Assembly (NCBI GenBank): GCA_965203485.1
Contig: OZ241892.1
Coordinates: 224,001 to 288,000, forward strand
DNA from: Longimicrobiales bacterium
Lineage (GTDB): Bacteria > Gemmatimonadota > Gemmatimonadetes > Longimicrobiales > Gaopeijiaceae
Direction: 5' to 3'
DNA: 64,000 nt
In this document: positions 49,636 to 61,570 of the stretch, piece after piece
Position numbering within the stretch: position 1 is the first letter of the stretch
Layout: each line of letters opens with the position of its first letter
Notes under the pieces: model-generated
Seen by the model: only the letters and a program-made list of their open reading frames with translations
Databases searched by the model: none
Told to the model about the DNA's origin: nothing
Program-made: the position numbers and the translations under genes

Positions 49636-50394
49636 GTGCTTGAGCTTTTCTTCCAGCACCTTCTTGCCCCGCTTTCCGTCTTGGCCGTCGCCACGGCCTT
49701 TCCGTGGTTGAGGAAGAAGGCGCGAGATGGGGCGACGGTCGCATGGCGATCCGCTGGCAGTCTGTTGCACCGCTTTGCTCACTTGGCGACTGCCGGAACC
49801 AAAGAGCGACGCGATCAGCGATTCGTTGCGCGCGTGAAGGCTGCCCACCAGGCCGACACCGAGATGCTCGGCGAGATTATCGACGCGCACGGCCTGGCAC
49901 TGTCTGCCCTGCATACGGTCGTCGCCACCATGCTCTTGCCCGAAGAGGCAAGCAACGGCAAGAAGCATCTTCCGAACAGCGCAAAGATGCTGTGCTGGTT
50001 CATGCTCTATCGGTACCTGTATCCCGGTGCTCTCGACCTTGGCGACACGAAGACGATAGCCGCATACCGAAAACAACATGCCGAAGAAGGCCCTGGCAGG
50101 TGGACGACGTCCCTGCAAGGCCACTGCACCGACAAGAGCAAACTTCTAGACGAGTTCATTGACGTCATGGACGGAGGTCCGCGCCTGTTCAGCCGCGACA
50201 TGAACAACGGCATACTCAACATAAGGATCGTTCACGCGTTCTACGGATTCCCTGGTCTTGTCATCAAGTGTTACGTCTGGGTCGGCGACTCGTGGTCCGG
50301 CGACAAAGGACCAAAGCTCGACCACAAGCAAGCATATTCGGCCGCCAAGGATAAGTTGGCCGCAGGTGGTGGATGGAAGGAAGAACAGGAATGA
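49636..50394 (+). CDS. Hypothetical protein with N-terminal hydrophobic anchor
   Basis: RBS AAAGGA; 252 aa; no recognised motif. Confidence 0.55.
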   Translation: MLELFFQHLLAPLSVLAVATAFPWLRKKARDGATVAWRSAGSLLHRFAHLATAGTKERRDQRFVARVKAAHQADTEMLGEIIDAHGLALSALHTVVATMLLPEEASNGKKHLPNSAKMLCWFMLYRYLYPGALDLGDTKTIAAYRKQHAEEGPGRWTTSLQGHCTDKSKLLDEFIDVMDGGPRLFSRDMNNGILNIRIVHAFYGFPGLVIKCYVWVGDSWSGDKGPKLDHKQAYSAAKDKLAAGGGWKEEQE

Positions 50395-50714
50395 CCGCAT
50401 TTTTGCAAGGTGCCCTGGGCACGCTCTTTGGTGGTGCCGTACTTGCGTGGGCCATCTGGGTTACCAAGGTGTGCGTAGCCAACAGCAGTCTGCCCAAAAA
50501 TAGGGCGATAATCAACAAGGAGCCCAGTGCTAGCGAGACCACAACCCCGTCACCAGATGGTCTTGCTGCCAACCCGCAACGACCAAAGAAGTTGGCCGAG
50601 TCCGGTAGTAGCAAGCCTGAAAACGAGGGGCCGGGAACGACGGCCCCGACGAGAACGGCGACAGTGACGCCACGGATGAAAAGAAGAGCACCTGATGTAT
50701 CCGAAGAGATCTGA
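50391..50714 (+). CDS. Small hypothetical membrane protein
   Basis: ATGA overlap with the upstream gene; TM segment followed by a low-complexity tail. Confidence 0.45.
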   Translation: MTAFLQGALGTLFGGAVLAWAIWVTKVCVANSSLPKNRAIINKEPSASETTTPSPDGLAANPQRPKKLAESGSSKPENEGPGTTAPTRTATVTPRMKRRAPDVSEEI

Positions 50715-50821
50715 TCGGGGAAGTGATCAATGTGCAGATGTATTCTCCGAAAATCGTGACCGGCTACGTAGTGGTGTTCAACGTAGCCGACCGTGCACCG
50801 GAGATTTCAGGCCTGGGCATG

Positions 50822-51316
50822 CACGGGCGTGCTCGAAGCGGTGCTCGAGGACTTGGCGGGCGAAGCGAAGCAGCGGGGTCTGTTCGACGGCTCGGAGGCG
50901 TACGTCGACACGTCGTTCGCGCGGGCGTGGGAAACACCAAGGCGGGCAAGGGCGTGAAGATCATGGCGATCGTGGACCGTTGCGGGCTTCCGCTGTCGTT
51001 GAGCACGCACTCCTGCGAACCCGCACGAGGCGACGCTGGTGCAGCTGTCGCTGGACTTGGCGTTCGGGAAGGCCGAGCCTGCGAATTTGATCGGCGACGA
51101 GGCGTACGACAGCGATCCGCTGGACGCGGCACTGCGGGTAGCGGGGCGTGGAGATGATCGCGCCGCACCGCCGCAACCGCCGTCGGCCGCGGACGCAGGA
51201 CGGGCGTCGCCTGCGCCGCGCGAAGCGCCGGTGGATCGTCGAGCGGTTCTTCGGCTGGATGCAATGGAAACGCCGGCTTCTGGTCCGCTGGGAGTATCAT
51301 CCGGAGAGCTTTCTGG
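50822..51316 (+). pseudogene. Degraded IS5 copy (5'-truncated), interrupted by IS21 copy 2
   Basis: Similar to 36528-37319 ([33 protein letters not shown]) with frameshifts; continues at 54261. Confidence 0.85.
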
Positions 51317-51709
51317 TGTAGAGCGACAATCAGGATAAGACCCCGGCGACAATCAGGATGAGACGTCCAGGATCGTGACAGGAACGATGGCAACGGAGGT
51401 GGAACGGGTCAAGACGAGGGGGTTGGGCATGGGGCAAGTGAGGCCCTGGAGCAGGCACCCGTCCGACCCAAAGCGCTTGATCGCGGAGAGTTGGCTGGTC
51501 TTGCCGGAATTCGAGGCCGCTGCTGGCCGTCTAACGCGAGGTCTCGCACGGACCCGACCTGGGATACCCCTGAATTCGGGTTGTTTCATGGGACTTCCGC
51601 ACGAGCGCCGGCGCCGGGGTTGCGAGTCGGAGGCGGTTGTGGAAGCGAGCCCGGGCGCCGATCAGGTGGTCGGTCGTCGGCGCGGGCGTTGGGCCGGGCA
51701 GCCGGGCGG

Positions 51710-54132
<2,423 letters not shown>

Positions 54133-54260
54133 TCACCGACGGCCGGCCTCCGAACGACAGGACCGAACCCGCGTCCGAATCCCTCGACCTCAGATCACGG
54201 CCGCCTCCGGCAGTCTCATCTTGGTTGCCGCTACCGTCTCATCTTGGTTGTCGCTCGACA

Positions 54261-54328
54261 TTCTGGCGTTCGTCCAACTGTCCGCGATCTGCATCTTCTT
54301 CAGGAACCTCGGTTTTTGAGACAGGTTC
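54261..54328 (+). mobile_element. 3' end and TIR of the interrupted IS5 copy
   Basis: Encodes LAFVQLSAICIFFRNLGF; ends TTTTTGAGACAGGTTC followed by TA. Confidence 0.85.
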
Positions 54329-54455
54329 TAGTCAATCGTGGCAAAACTGGAGAAGTTGACCATTAGCGGGTCGCTTTCGGCGGAGATTCTTGGAGGACGC
54401 AATCGCGCCAGTTGCGCACTGTCCCCACCTGTAGTCTCCCAGCGTTACCAGCATC

Positions 54456-55433
54456 TCAACCATTATCACCAAGCCAGGGAGGTGCTGCCGAGAAAGGCGG
54501 CAGGGATCGTTGGACCTTGACAAGTTGCTTCGACAAGTAGTGCACATACTCTGCCATGCATCCATCAAACCACCATAGGTCTTGCATCTTTTTTAGTTCT
54601 GCCAAAGCGGCAGTGGGCAAAACCAATCCGGCCTTCCATATCCTAAACAATAGTAAATCTAATCGTGCTTCCATGTCAATAAATTCATCAAATGTTTCAC
54701 GATTTATTGACCAAACCTCTTGAACTAATTGTGGTAGTTGTTCTCCCCAAGATGCGTCAATATCTACCAATACATCAGTGGTGACTGTGGCTGGAAACTT
54801 ATGGAAATCGTATTGATGGCTAATAAACGGAACCAATCCGTCTCCATCAATCCATACGATTCTTTCAACTAAATAAACCACATGGTTTTCAGACCAGTAT
54901 TGAACCTCTGGCTCTGCTTCACTGCTAGTATATAGCCAATGAATCTTCGGAGGAATATGATGCAAGGTTTGCTGGCCAAGAGACAAACCCGATGCTTGCC
55001 ACCGGTCACCAAGCCATACCGGTAAACATCCAAAAGATTCAATCACTACAAGAGATCGTCCAACGATCCAGTTAGACATACCTAGATGGTGATCGTCATT
55101 CATCATCTTGTCTGCTATAGTGGCCTCATGAGCTTCCTTCATCGCAAACAATCTATCAGTAGTATAGGAGAGCGGTTTTTGATCGATCAATCTATGGTGA
55201 GTGGGGCACAAGAGGATAATATTTTTGTGTGAGTTAACGCTATCCCATCGCTGTACGTTCTTGCCGCGTGGACCATCCGGTCGTCTTGCTACAATGTGAG
55301 CTTCTTGTCCAATAACCACATTGCCATCACGACAAGTATCCTTTTCAACTAGGGCTTGACCACATCCCGGAAAAGCACACTGATTTCCCGACCTAACCCA
55401 CAGAATCTTTCTGTCTCGATCTCTAATCGCCAT
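54456..55433 (-). CDS. HNH endonuclease fused to an unknown C-terminal domain
   Basis: LWVRSGNQCAFPGC, EAHIVARRPDGPRG, NIILLCPTHHRLID...L..MK..HE; AT-rich. Confidence 0.82.
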   Translation of the reverse strand: MAIRDRDRKILWVRSGNQCAFPGCGQALVEKDTCRDGNVVIGQEAHIVARRPDGPRGKNVQRWDSVNSHKNIILLCPTHHRLIDQKPLSYTTDRLFAMKEAHEATIADKMMNDDHHLGMSNWIVGRSLVVIESFGCLPVWLGDRWQASGLSLGQQTLHHIPPKIHWLYTSSEAEPEVQYWSENHVVYLVERIVWIDGDGLVPFISHQYDFHKFPATVTTDVLVDIDASWGEQLPQLVQEVWSINRETFDEFIDMEARLDLLLFRIWKAGLVLPTAALAELKKMQDLWWFDGCMAEYVHYLSKQLVKVQRSLPPFSAAPPWLGDNG

Positions 55434-55437
55434 CTAG

Positions 55438-56753
55438 CAGTCCGTGGCAAAAAGGCTTTGCGTGGAGCGCGGGAATACAAGGTTGAGACGGGCGTTCAGA
55501 GGTCCCGACAGCGTGAATGCGGGGAAATTGGGTCCGGAAAAGGTCCCCGAGGCCGCAGAACGCCCTGAGAGCGGCAAAACGACTGCGAATTCGGCGCAAG
55601 ACAGCGGATGCAACCCCTGCCCAGCAGGAGTCGAGCACAACTTGCGCGGCGGCGGGGCGGCCCTGCAGGCTCCGAGGCGTGCCGACTCCGAAGCGTTGTC
55701 GCATCAGCAACCCCAGATTGAAGGCGGCGACGTGAATCAGCATCCGCTTTCGGACTTCCTCCTGGCCTCGAACGTGCACACGCCGCATCCCACCCGTCAC
55801 CAGCAAGTGCGCGAACGTCCGCTCCAGCTTCTCGCCCCGCAACCGCAACAACCACTTGCCGCGCTCCCCTCGAATCCGCCTCCGGTTCGCGTAGACCGGC
55901 TTCTGAGCGTCCTTCGCCTGCTTCCAGTTCCGGCGACCCCGGGCGGGCTCGCTCACGTAGCTGCGCAACCCCCGACCCGCGACCTCCTTCATCGTCTCGT
56001 TCGAGTGGTACCCCTTGTCGCACACCACTTCCGCCGCCGCCCCGCCGCTTCGTCCAGCGTCTCCCCCAGCGACGCCACGTCGCCCCCGTCCATCGTCTGC
56101 ACCGTCACGCCCACCACGGCGCCCGACTCCAGGTCCACCGCCTGCTCCAGCTTGTGCGCCAAGTGCGTGCGGCCGTCCTTCATCTTTGCGATCAGTGCTT
56201 CCGGGTCGCCCGGATGCACCCACTGCGCGTTCGATCCCTTCTTCGACCGCTTCCGGTCCAGCTTCGCCAACTCCTCGCGCGTCGGCGTCTCGATCCCCGA
56301 CGCCCGCGCCAACTCCCGCAACCACTCCTCGTAGCCCCTGCCCCCGTCGCGCCGCACGATCGAGCGCATCGCCGCGTTCGCCTCCAGCGTCGTCGAGCCC
56401 ACCCCCAGCGTGCCGCCGCCCAGCAACCCCGAGTCGTCCAACAGGAACCCCACCATCATCATGCGAAAGTACACCTCGGGGGGGATGCCGAGCCTGCCCA
56501 CGTTGCCTGCGTAGAACTCCTCGCACAGGTCCTCGGCGAACCGGTCGAAGCCGTTCTCGTCCAGCAACTCGTTCAAGGCCCGATAGAACGGATTCTCCGC
56601 CGCGCTGATCTCGCTGATCGCCACGAACAGCACTTGCTCCGCCGCGCCGCTGCCTGCCCATCGCCATCGCCGTCCTCCTTCGAGAGGTTCGTCGTCTCCC
56701 TCTAATCTACTACCCAACTGGAACGCCGACACAGGGACTTTTGCCACGGACTG
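55438..56753 (-). mobile_element. IS1182/IS5-like element with internally deleted, frameshifted transposase
   Basis: Perfect 15-bp TIRs CAGTCCGTGGCAAAA / TTTTGCCACGGACTG; flanks CTAG and ATAG; PFYRALN, PPEVYFRM, STTLEANAAMRSIVRR, CDKGY, ERTFAH. Confidence 0.85.
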
Positions 56754-56769
56754 ATAGCGGCCCCCGGAA

Positions 56770-57104
56770 CTCGCTTCCGCAATCGACTTCGACTCGCAAC
56801 CCCGCCTCCGGTGCCGGTGCGACAGTCCCCTGAACAATCCGAATTCGGGGGGTATCCTAGGCCGGGTCCACTCGAGATATCGCGTCAGACGGCCACCAGC
56901 GGCCTCGAACTCCGGCAAGACTGGCCAACTCTCCGCGATCAAGCACCTCGGCCGGCTGGGCGCCTGCTCCGCGGGCCCCCGCTTCGCTCCATGCCCAAGC
57001 CCTCGCCCTTGACCGGCTCCACCTCCGCTGACATCGTTCCCGTCGCGATCCCGGACGTCTCATCTTGATTGTCGCCGGGGTCTCATACTGATTGTCACTC
57101 TACA
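56770..57104 (+). mobile_element. Right-end remnant of a diverged IS21 relative
   Basis: Aligns by eye to ~48388-48720; ends ...TGATTGTCACTCTACA. Confidence 0.85.
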
Positions 57105-57377
57105 GCCCGAGTCGCCAGCCGACAGGTTCCCTCCAAGCCGCCTCGGCCAGCAAGTGGCGAACCCTACGCATGCTCTCCTCATCGTCGATCCGCCTGCTCA
57201 TCCAACGGCACCCCCCCGGGTGCGTAGCACCTGGCCGCGCGGCCACCCATCCGTGTCGCCTTTCGACCCGTTGGACCAAATTTCAACCCGCATCTACCCA
57301 TTGCACCAATACGAAGCACACATTATCTTCCCGTTTCTGTTGCGTGCGGCAGGTCGCTACCCTTTAGCCCGGTCACC

Positions 57378-58589
57378 ATGAGCTTCATCGAACGCCTTTC
57401 TTCCAAGTGGTTTTTCGATAGCACTAGAAATAGATGGTGTCGAACCAATGATCTGTTGGTTTTCGAGAAACAGGTTGATGTGGAGTATGACAGTAGCGAC
57501 TTGCCGAAACGACGTAATCTTGTATCGATGCCGAACGGTGATTTCCAAATTGACATTCGGCTGTCCAATGCTCATCGCATTGTGGCTACGCTATTCGTCG
57601 ACAGATTCGATCTCGGAAGCGAAGAATACCATTATAAATTCCCGAATGGAGAACAATTTCGATGGGGTGCGAAATGGGGTTTCGGAGACGACAGACCGTG
57701 TCATGGGTTCGGGGGCCACAATCCATCGTATCGCATTATGTTTCCAGATCGTCTTAAAATTGACGAATGGCAATCGAAATATGATATCCTGGTATTGGGG
57801 AGAATCGGAGATATTGAACTTGCTCAAGGTGATTGGACGTGTCAAATAGTCACCACGCCTGGCGGTATGGTCCATGGTACCGTTTTGGGTCCAGCAGAAG
57901 ATCCTGAAGATTTCGTGTCATTGGTTGAGTTGTACCTTACTGCAGTGCAATCGACGCCAGTAGTTATACCATGGATGGGAATGCACAGAGGTGGTCGCAT
58001 GGTACGTAAAGGCTATGATACCAGCGACACGGTGTACATACGAACCGTTATAGACAGTAAATCGCACTTACACCGCGTCAAGGTTCACGAGCACGGATTC
58101 AGAAAATACATGGACAATTCCAAAAACCCCGAAGAATACTTCCCAGTGTTCTGCCGTGCTCTGGAAAGACATGATCGACTGAAAAGTCTCATAGTGGAAT
58201 GGATGCGATTGAGAACAATTTCGCATTCTATTCCAACTATTATTGAGGGGTTCACGATCCTTCGATCGATCGTGGTGGCCCTCAAGAAATGGCCGCATGG
58301 AAGGAGTCGTACGAAGAAGAAAGAACAGTATGACCTCATGAACAATACGACTTCCCAGTGGAGTATTCCAAGTGAGGTGAGCAACTGGATTGAGAAAAAC
58401 AAACCGAGAGCGCAAGTTGATGGTTGGTATGATGCACTTAAAATTCTACGAAACACTGCCGCGCATCGAGAAGCCATAGATGTCAATTGGGACACATTGC
58501 GGGTCATGCAAATAATGTCTCGAGATGTCATCAACCACGTGTGCGAACTCTTGTGGCGACAGATCGAGAAAGTCGGCAAGGAGAACTAA
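57378..58589 (+). CDS. HEPN-domain protein (ApeA-like layout)
   Basis: AT-rich 403-aa ORF; beta-rich N-terminus, helical C-terminus with LKILRNTAAH (Rx4H). Confidence 0.6.
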   Translation: MSFIERLSSKWFFDSTRNRWCRTNDLLVFEKQVDVEYDSSDLPKRRNLVSMPNGDFQIDIRLSNAHRIVATLFVDRFDLGSEEYHYKFPNGEQFRWGAKWGFGDDRPCHGFGGHNPSYRIMFPDRLKIDEWQSKYDILVLGRIGDIELAQGDWTCQIVTTPGGMVHGTVLGPAEDPEDFVSLVELYLTAVQSTPVVIPWMGMHRGGRMVRKGYDTSDTVYIRTVIDSKSHLHRVKVHEHGFRKYMDNSKNPEEYFPVFCRALERHDRLKSLIVEWMRLRTISHSIPTIIEGFTILRSIVVALKKWPHGRSRTKKKEQYDLMNNTTSQWSIPSEVSNWIEKNKPRAQVDGWYDALKILRNTAAHREAIDVNWDTLRVMQIMSRDVINHVCELLWRQIEKVGKEN

Positions 58590-58647
58590 CGAGCACCATT
58601 TTAATGCAATAACGCTATCGATATTTCGTAGCTTAACATCATTGACC

Positions 58648-61449
58648 TCACCTCTCCGCCTCCTTCCGCCTCTTCGCCTGGTCGTACCACATCAGCAGCT
58701 GGAGGTCCTCCCGCAGCACCTTGTCGGGGACCTTCCGGGCGATATCGAGGATCGTGTCGTAGTCGCCCTTTCCCCAGGCGTGGCGGAAGCCGGCGCGAAC
58801 GGCCTCCAGGCGGAACTTTGTCAGGCGTCGTAGCGACGGCTCCCGGTAGGTCTGGAACTCCCGGAGCAGCGTGCGCTCCCGGAGCCGTTCCAGGTCGGTG
58901 GCCTTGTTGACGTCCGGCACGTACCAGCGGTCGCAGGCGCGCTTCCGCAAGGTGGAGTCGTCCTTGGGCAGGTTCCGGGCGTCCTTGTAGTTGCTGGACA
59001 AGTAGCCGTGAATCTGGCAGGGGACCTCGCCCTCGCCGTCGTAGCAGAGGAAGTTCTGCTCAAGGAGGGCGGACAGCTCCAGAAGCTGCTCGTGCCTCTG
59101 CCAGCCGCCGAGTTCGCGGATGAAGTCGGGATGGATCGCCGAGAAGGTCCGGGGGCGGGCCTTCAGCTGGAAGCGTAGCCACTCGATGGCGGACTTTTCG
59201 TCGATCACAAGCAGGGCCAGCTGTTCGATGCGCTGGACCGTGAGGCGCTTTCGGTCGTGCTCGGCGGCTTGCTCCGGGAGGAAGTACATGCCGTTGCGGG
59301 CCGCGAACCGCTGCTTCAGGCCTTCGTAGAACTCGGCGGCCGAGAGGGGGATGATGACGCCTCGCTGGACATGGAACGCCACCATTCGGTCGAAGAGGAG
59401 GTAGTCGAGGCGCTCGGCCACGATCTCCGCCACATCCCCCTTGGCCACGAACACCGGCAGGTTCCTGAGGTGATTGTGGACGAAATCCCAGACGCCGTCC
59501 TCGCTTCCGGCCGTTAGCTTGAAGCGCGCCTCCAGGTCGCGGGATGGCTTGTAGCACGAAATGACCAGGTCTTGCTTCACGGCGCCGCTGGCAACGGCTT
59601 GGTTGTAGGAGCCCACCTTCTTGTCCAGCGTACGCACGTCGGCCACGACCAAGCCGGCGGCGGACAGGCTCTCCTGAATGGTGTTCCAGACTGAGTTCTG
59701 GGAGTTGTGGAACACGACGGTCATCCACCGTCCCGGCTTGAGAACACTGGCGTACTCGCCGAAGCAACGTCCCATGAGCACTTGGTATTCGTCCAGTTGC
59801 TTGCGTTGAGTCGGGCTGACGATCGCTTCCGGGGCTTGGTTCGTGAAGACGCCGTGGAACGCCTCGACGACGAAGTTGAGTTCGCCGTAGGCCAAGTTGT
59901 CGCCGAAGGGCGGGTCAGTGAAGATGTAGTCAACGGAATCCGCCGGAATCGGGATGCGTCCGCAGTCCACGGCCGATACGACAGCATGGCCACGACGCGA
60001 AGGCATGGGCGTGAACGCCTTGGGCAATCGGCCAGTGCGTCCCGTTAGGTTGTAGCGCAGGGAGCATTCCGAGATCTGGGAACTGACGTAGTACACGCCG
60101 GACATCGCACGGTTCACCTGGGAGCCGCCGGGGCGTCCGTGCTGGATCGGCTGGTACCGATTCAAGATGGACATGCCGAGGATCGCCTGCTCCGCCAAGA
60201 ACATGAGCATGTTGCGCAACCGCAGGTCGTCCTGTTGGCGAACCAAGCCCCACAAGCAAGCCAGAGTACGCGCGGCTCGAGGCAAGAACAAGTGGTGCAC
60301 ATGCTGAAACGAGGCCGACCCGGCCCGCCACTTGTCGCCCCACTTCGTCACGCCGTCGGAGACGTGCATCATGCGGTCCAGCGGCACGCCTTGGAGGGGC
60401 TCGATGGTTGCGATTCGCTCGAGAAGTTGAAGATCCGCGCTGTCCGGCTCCTTGTCGTGCCTGTCGTTGCCGATCTGATAGTTGATCAGGACGGGCACTC
60501 GCTTGGGTTCGTCGACGCTCCGTTCAAGGGCTTGATCCCAGCGGGCGGAAGAACTCCGCACGAGCCGTATCTTCGTCAGCACCACCCCGCACTCCGGGCA
60601 CGGAAATTCCTTCTTCACTTTCTTGGTCTGGACGTCCACGGCCTCCCTCCCGAACACCACCTCCCCGCCGCAGTCCGGGCACGAGAACACCTCGCTCCAT
60701 ACCGTGTAGTTGATGCGGCCCTTGGTCTTGCCGTCGGTGTGGAGCGTCTCGTACATCCAGCCGATGTCCTTCTCCACGTCGTCCAGCAGTTGCTTGGCCG
60801 CTTCGGCGAACTCGTCCACGTCGAAGGGGATGTTGTAGTTGGCGGCGATGAACGTGGCCGCGGGGGACAGGTCGCCCAGGACGGTCTGCCTCGCACCCCA
60901 CTTGGGCGGCTCCCGGCCTTGGTCCTTCCATTCCTTCTCGAGCTTGCGGCGGTACTCTTCCGGCGCCGCGCCGCACCACTGGGCGGCCACGCCGGTCATT
61001 CCCGAGCCGCAGAAGCCGTCCAGCACGATGTCGCCGGGTTCGGTGTAGTGCAGGATCGACGGGACGATTGCCAGGTGGGGCACCTTGGTGTGATAGCCGT
61101 GCGCCCGGTAGAGGGGATCGGTCTTGCCCACGCTCACGTCCACGGCGAACGGCTCGCGGTGGTACTCCTCGGCGGGGTCGTGGGGCGTGCCGCAACGCTC
61201 GACGAACTCGGCCAGGAACGGGTTCGGGCAGGCGGTGTAGTACGGCGGGTCCGACATGCGCAGGATGTTCTCGTCTTCCCCCTTGGGAAAGTCGGGACGC
61301 TTGCGCAGCTCGGGGAGCTTCTCGCGCAGCCGTTGCAGGAAGTGCTTGCGCCGGGCGTCGTCGGACTCGAAGGTCATGCCCAGGCACTCGACCTTGTTGG
61401 TCTTCGGGGCGGCCTTCCGCTCGAAGAGCCTGCTCGGCGAGTCGGTCAT
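58648..61449 (-). CDS. pglXI: BREX type 3 DNA methyltransferase PglXI
   Basis: SDPPYYTACPNPF, YHTKVPH, LDGFCGSGMTG (SAM binding), DYIFTDPPF (catalytic), RLEAVRAGF; lies directly downstream of brxC. Confidence 0.85.
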   Translation of the reverse strand: MTDSPSRLFERKAAPKTNKVECLGMTFESDDARRKHFLQRLREKLPELRKRPDFPKGEDENILRMSDPPYYTACPNPFLAEFVERCGTPHDPAEEYHREPFAVDVSVGKTDPLYRAHGYHTKVPHLAIVPSILHYTEPGDIVLDGFCGSGMTGVAAQWCGAAPEEYRRKLEKEWKDQGREPPKWGARQTVLGDLSPAATFIAANYNIPFDVDEFAEAAKQLLDDVEKDIGWMYETLHTDGKTKGRINYTVWSEVFSCPDCGGEVVFGREAVDVQTKKVKKEFPCPECGVVLTKIRLVRSSSARWDQALERSVDEPKRVPVLINYQIGNDRHDKEPDSADLQLLERIATIEPLQGVPLDRMMHVSDGVTKWGDKWRAGSASFQHVHHLFLPRAARTLACLWGLVRQQDDLRLRNMLMFLAEQAILGMSILNRYQPIQHGRPGGSQVNRAMSGVYYVSSQISECSLRYNLTGRTGRLPKAFTPMPSRRGHAVVSAVDCGRIPIPADSVDYIFTDPPFGDNLAYGELNFVVEAFHGVFTNQAPEAIVSPTQRKQLDEYQVLMGRCFGEYASVLKPGRWMTVVFHNSQNSVWNTIQESLSAAGLVVADVRTLDKKVGSYNQAVASGAVKQDLVISCYKPSRDLEARFKLTAGSEDGVWDFVHNHLRNLPVFVAKGDVAEIVAERLDYLLFDRMVAFHVQRGVIIPLSAAEFYEGLKQRFAARNGMYFLPEQAAEHDRKRLTVQRIEQLALLVIDEKSAIEWLRFQLKARPRTFSAIHPDFIRELGGWQRHEQLLELSALLEQNFLCYDGEGEVPCQIHGYLSSNYKDARNLPKDDSTLRKRACDRWYVPDVNKATDLERLRERTLLREFQTYREPSLRRLTKFRLEAVRAGFRHAWGKGDYDTILDIARKVPDKVLREDLQLLMWYDQAKRRKEAER

Positions 61450-61466
61450 GAGGTGAGTGCCGTCAA

Positions 61467-61526
61467 GTTGGTCACTCCGACAGTGACCAACCCCCCTTTA
61501 GGCACGGCAACTTGGTCAGTGACCAA
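61467..61526. repeat. Two related palindromes in the brxC-pglXI intergenic region
   Basis: GTTGGTCACT-N5-AGTGACCAAC (61467-61491) and TTGGTCA-G-TGACCAA (61512-61526). Confidence 0.8.
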
Positions 61527-61570
61527 CCCCGTTCTGCGGCGGTACGTTCCTCTGTCCACCCTGTCCCGCG

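Noticed and set aside
57105..57200. Short minus-strand ORF start (MSRRIDDEESMRRVRHLLAEAAW) cut by the IS21 end
   Set aside because: Too short to assign; may be a truncated gene or chance.
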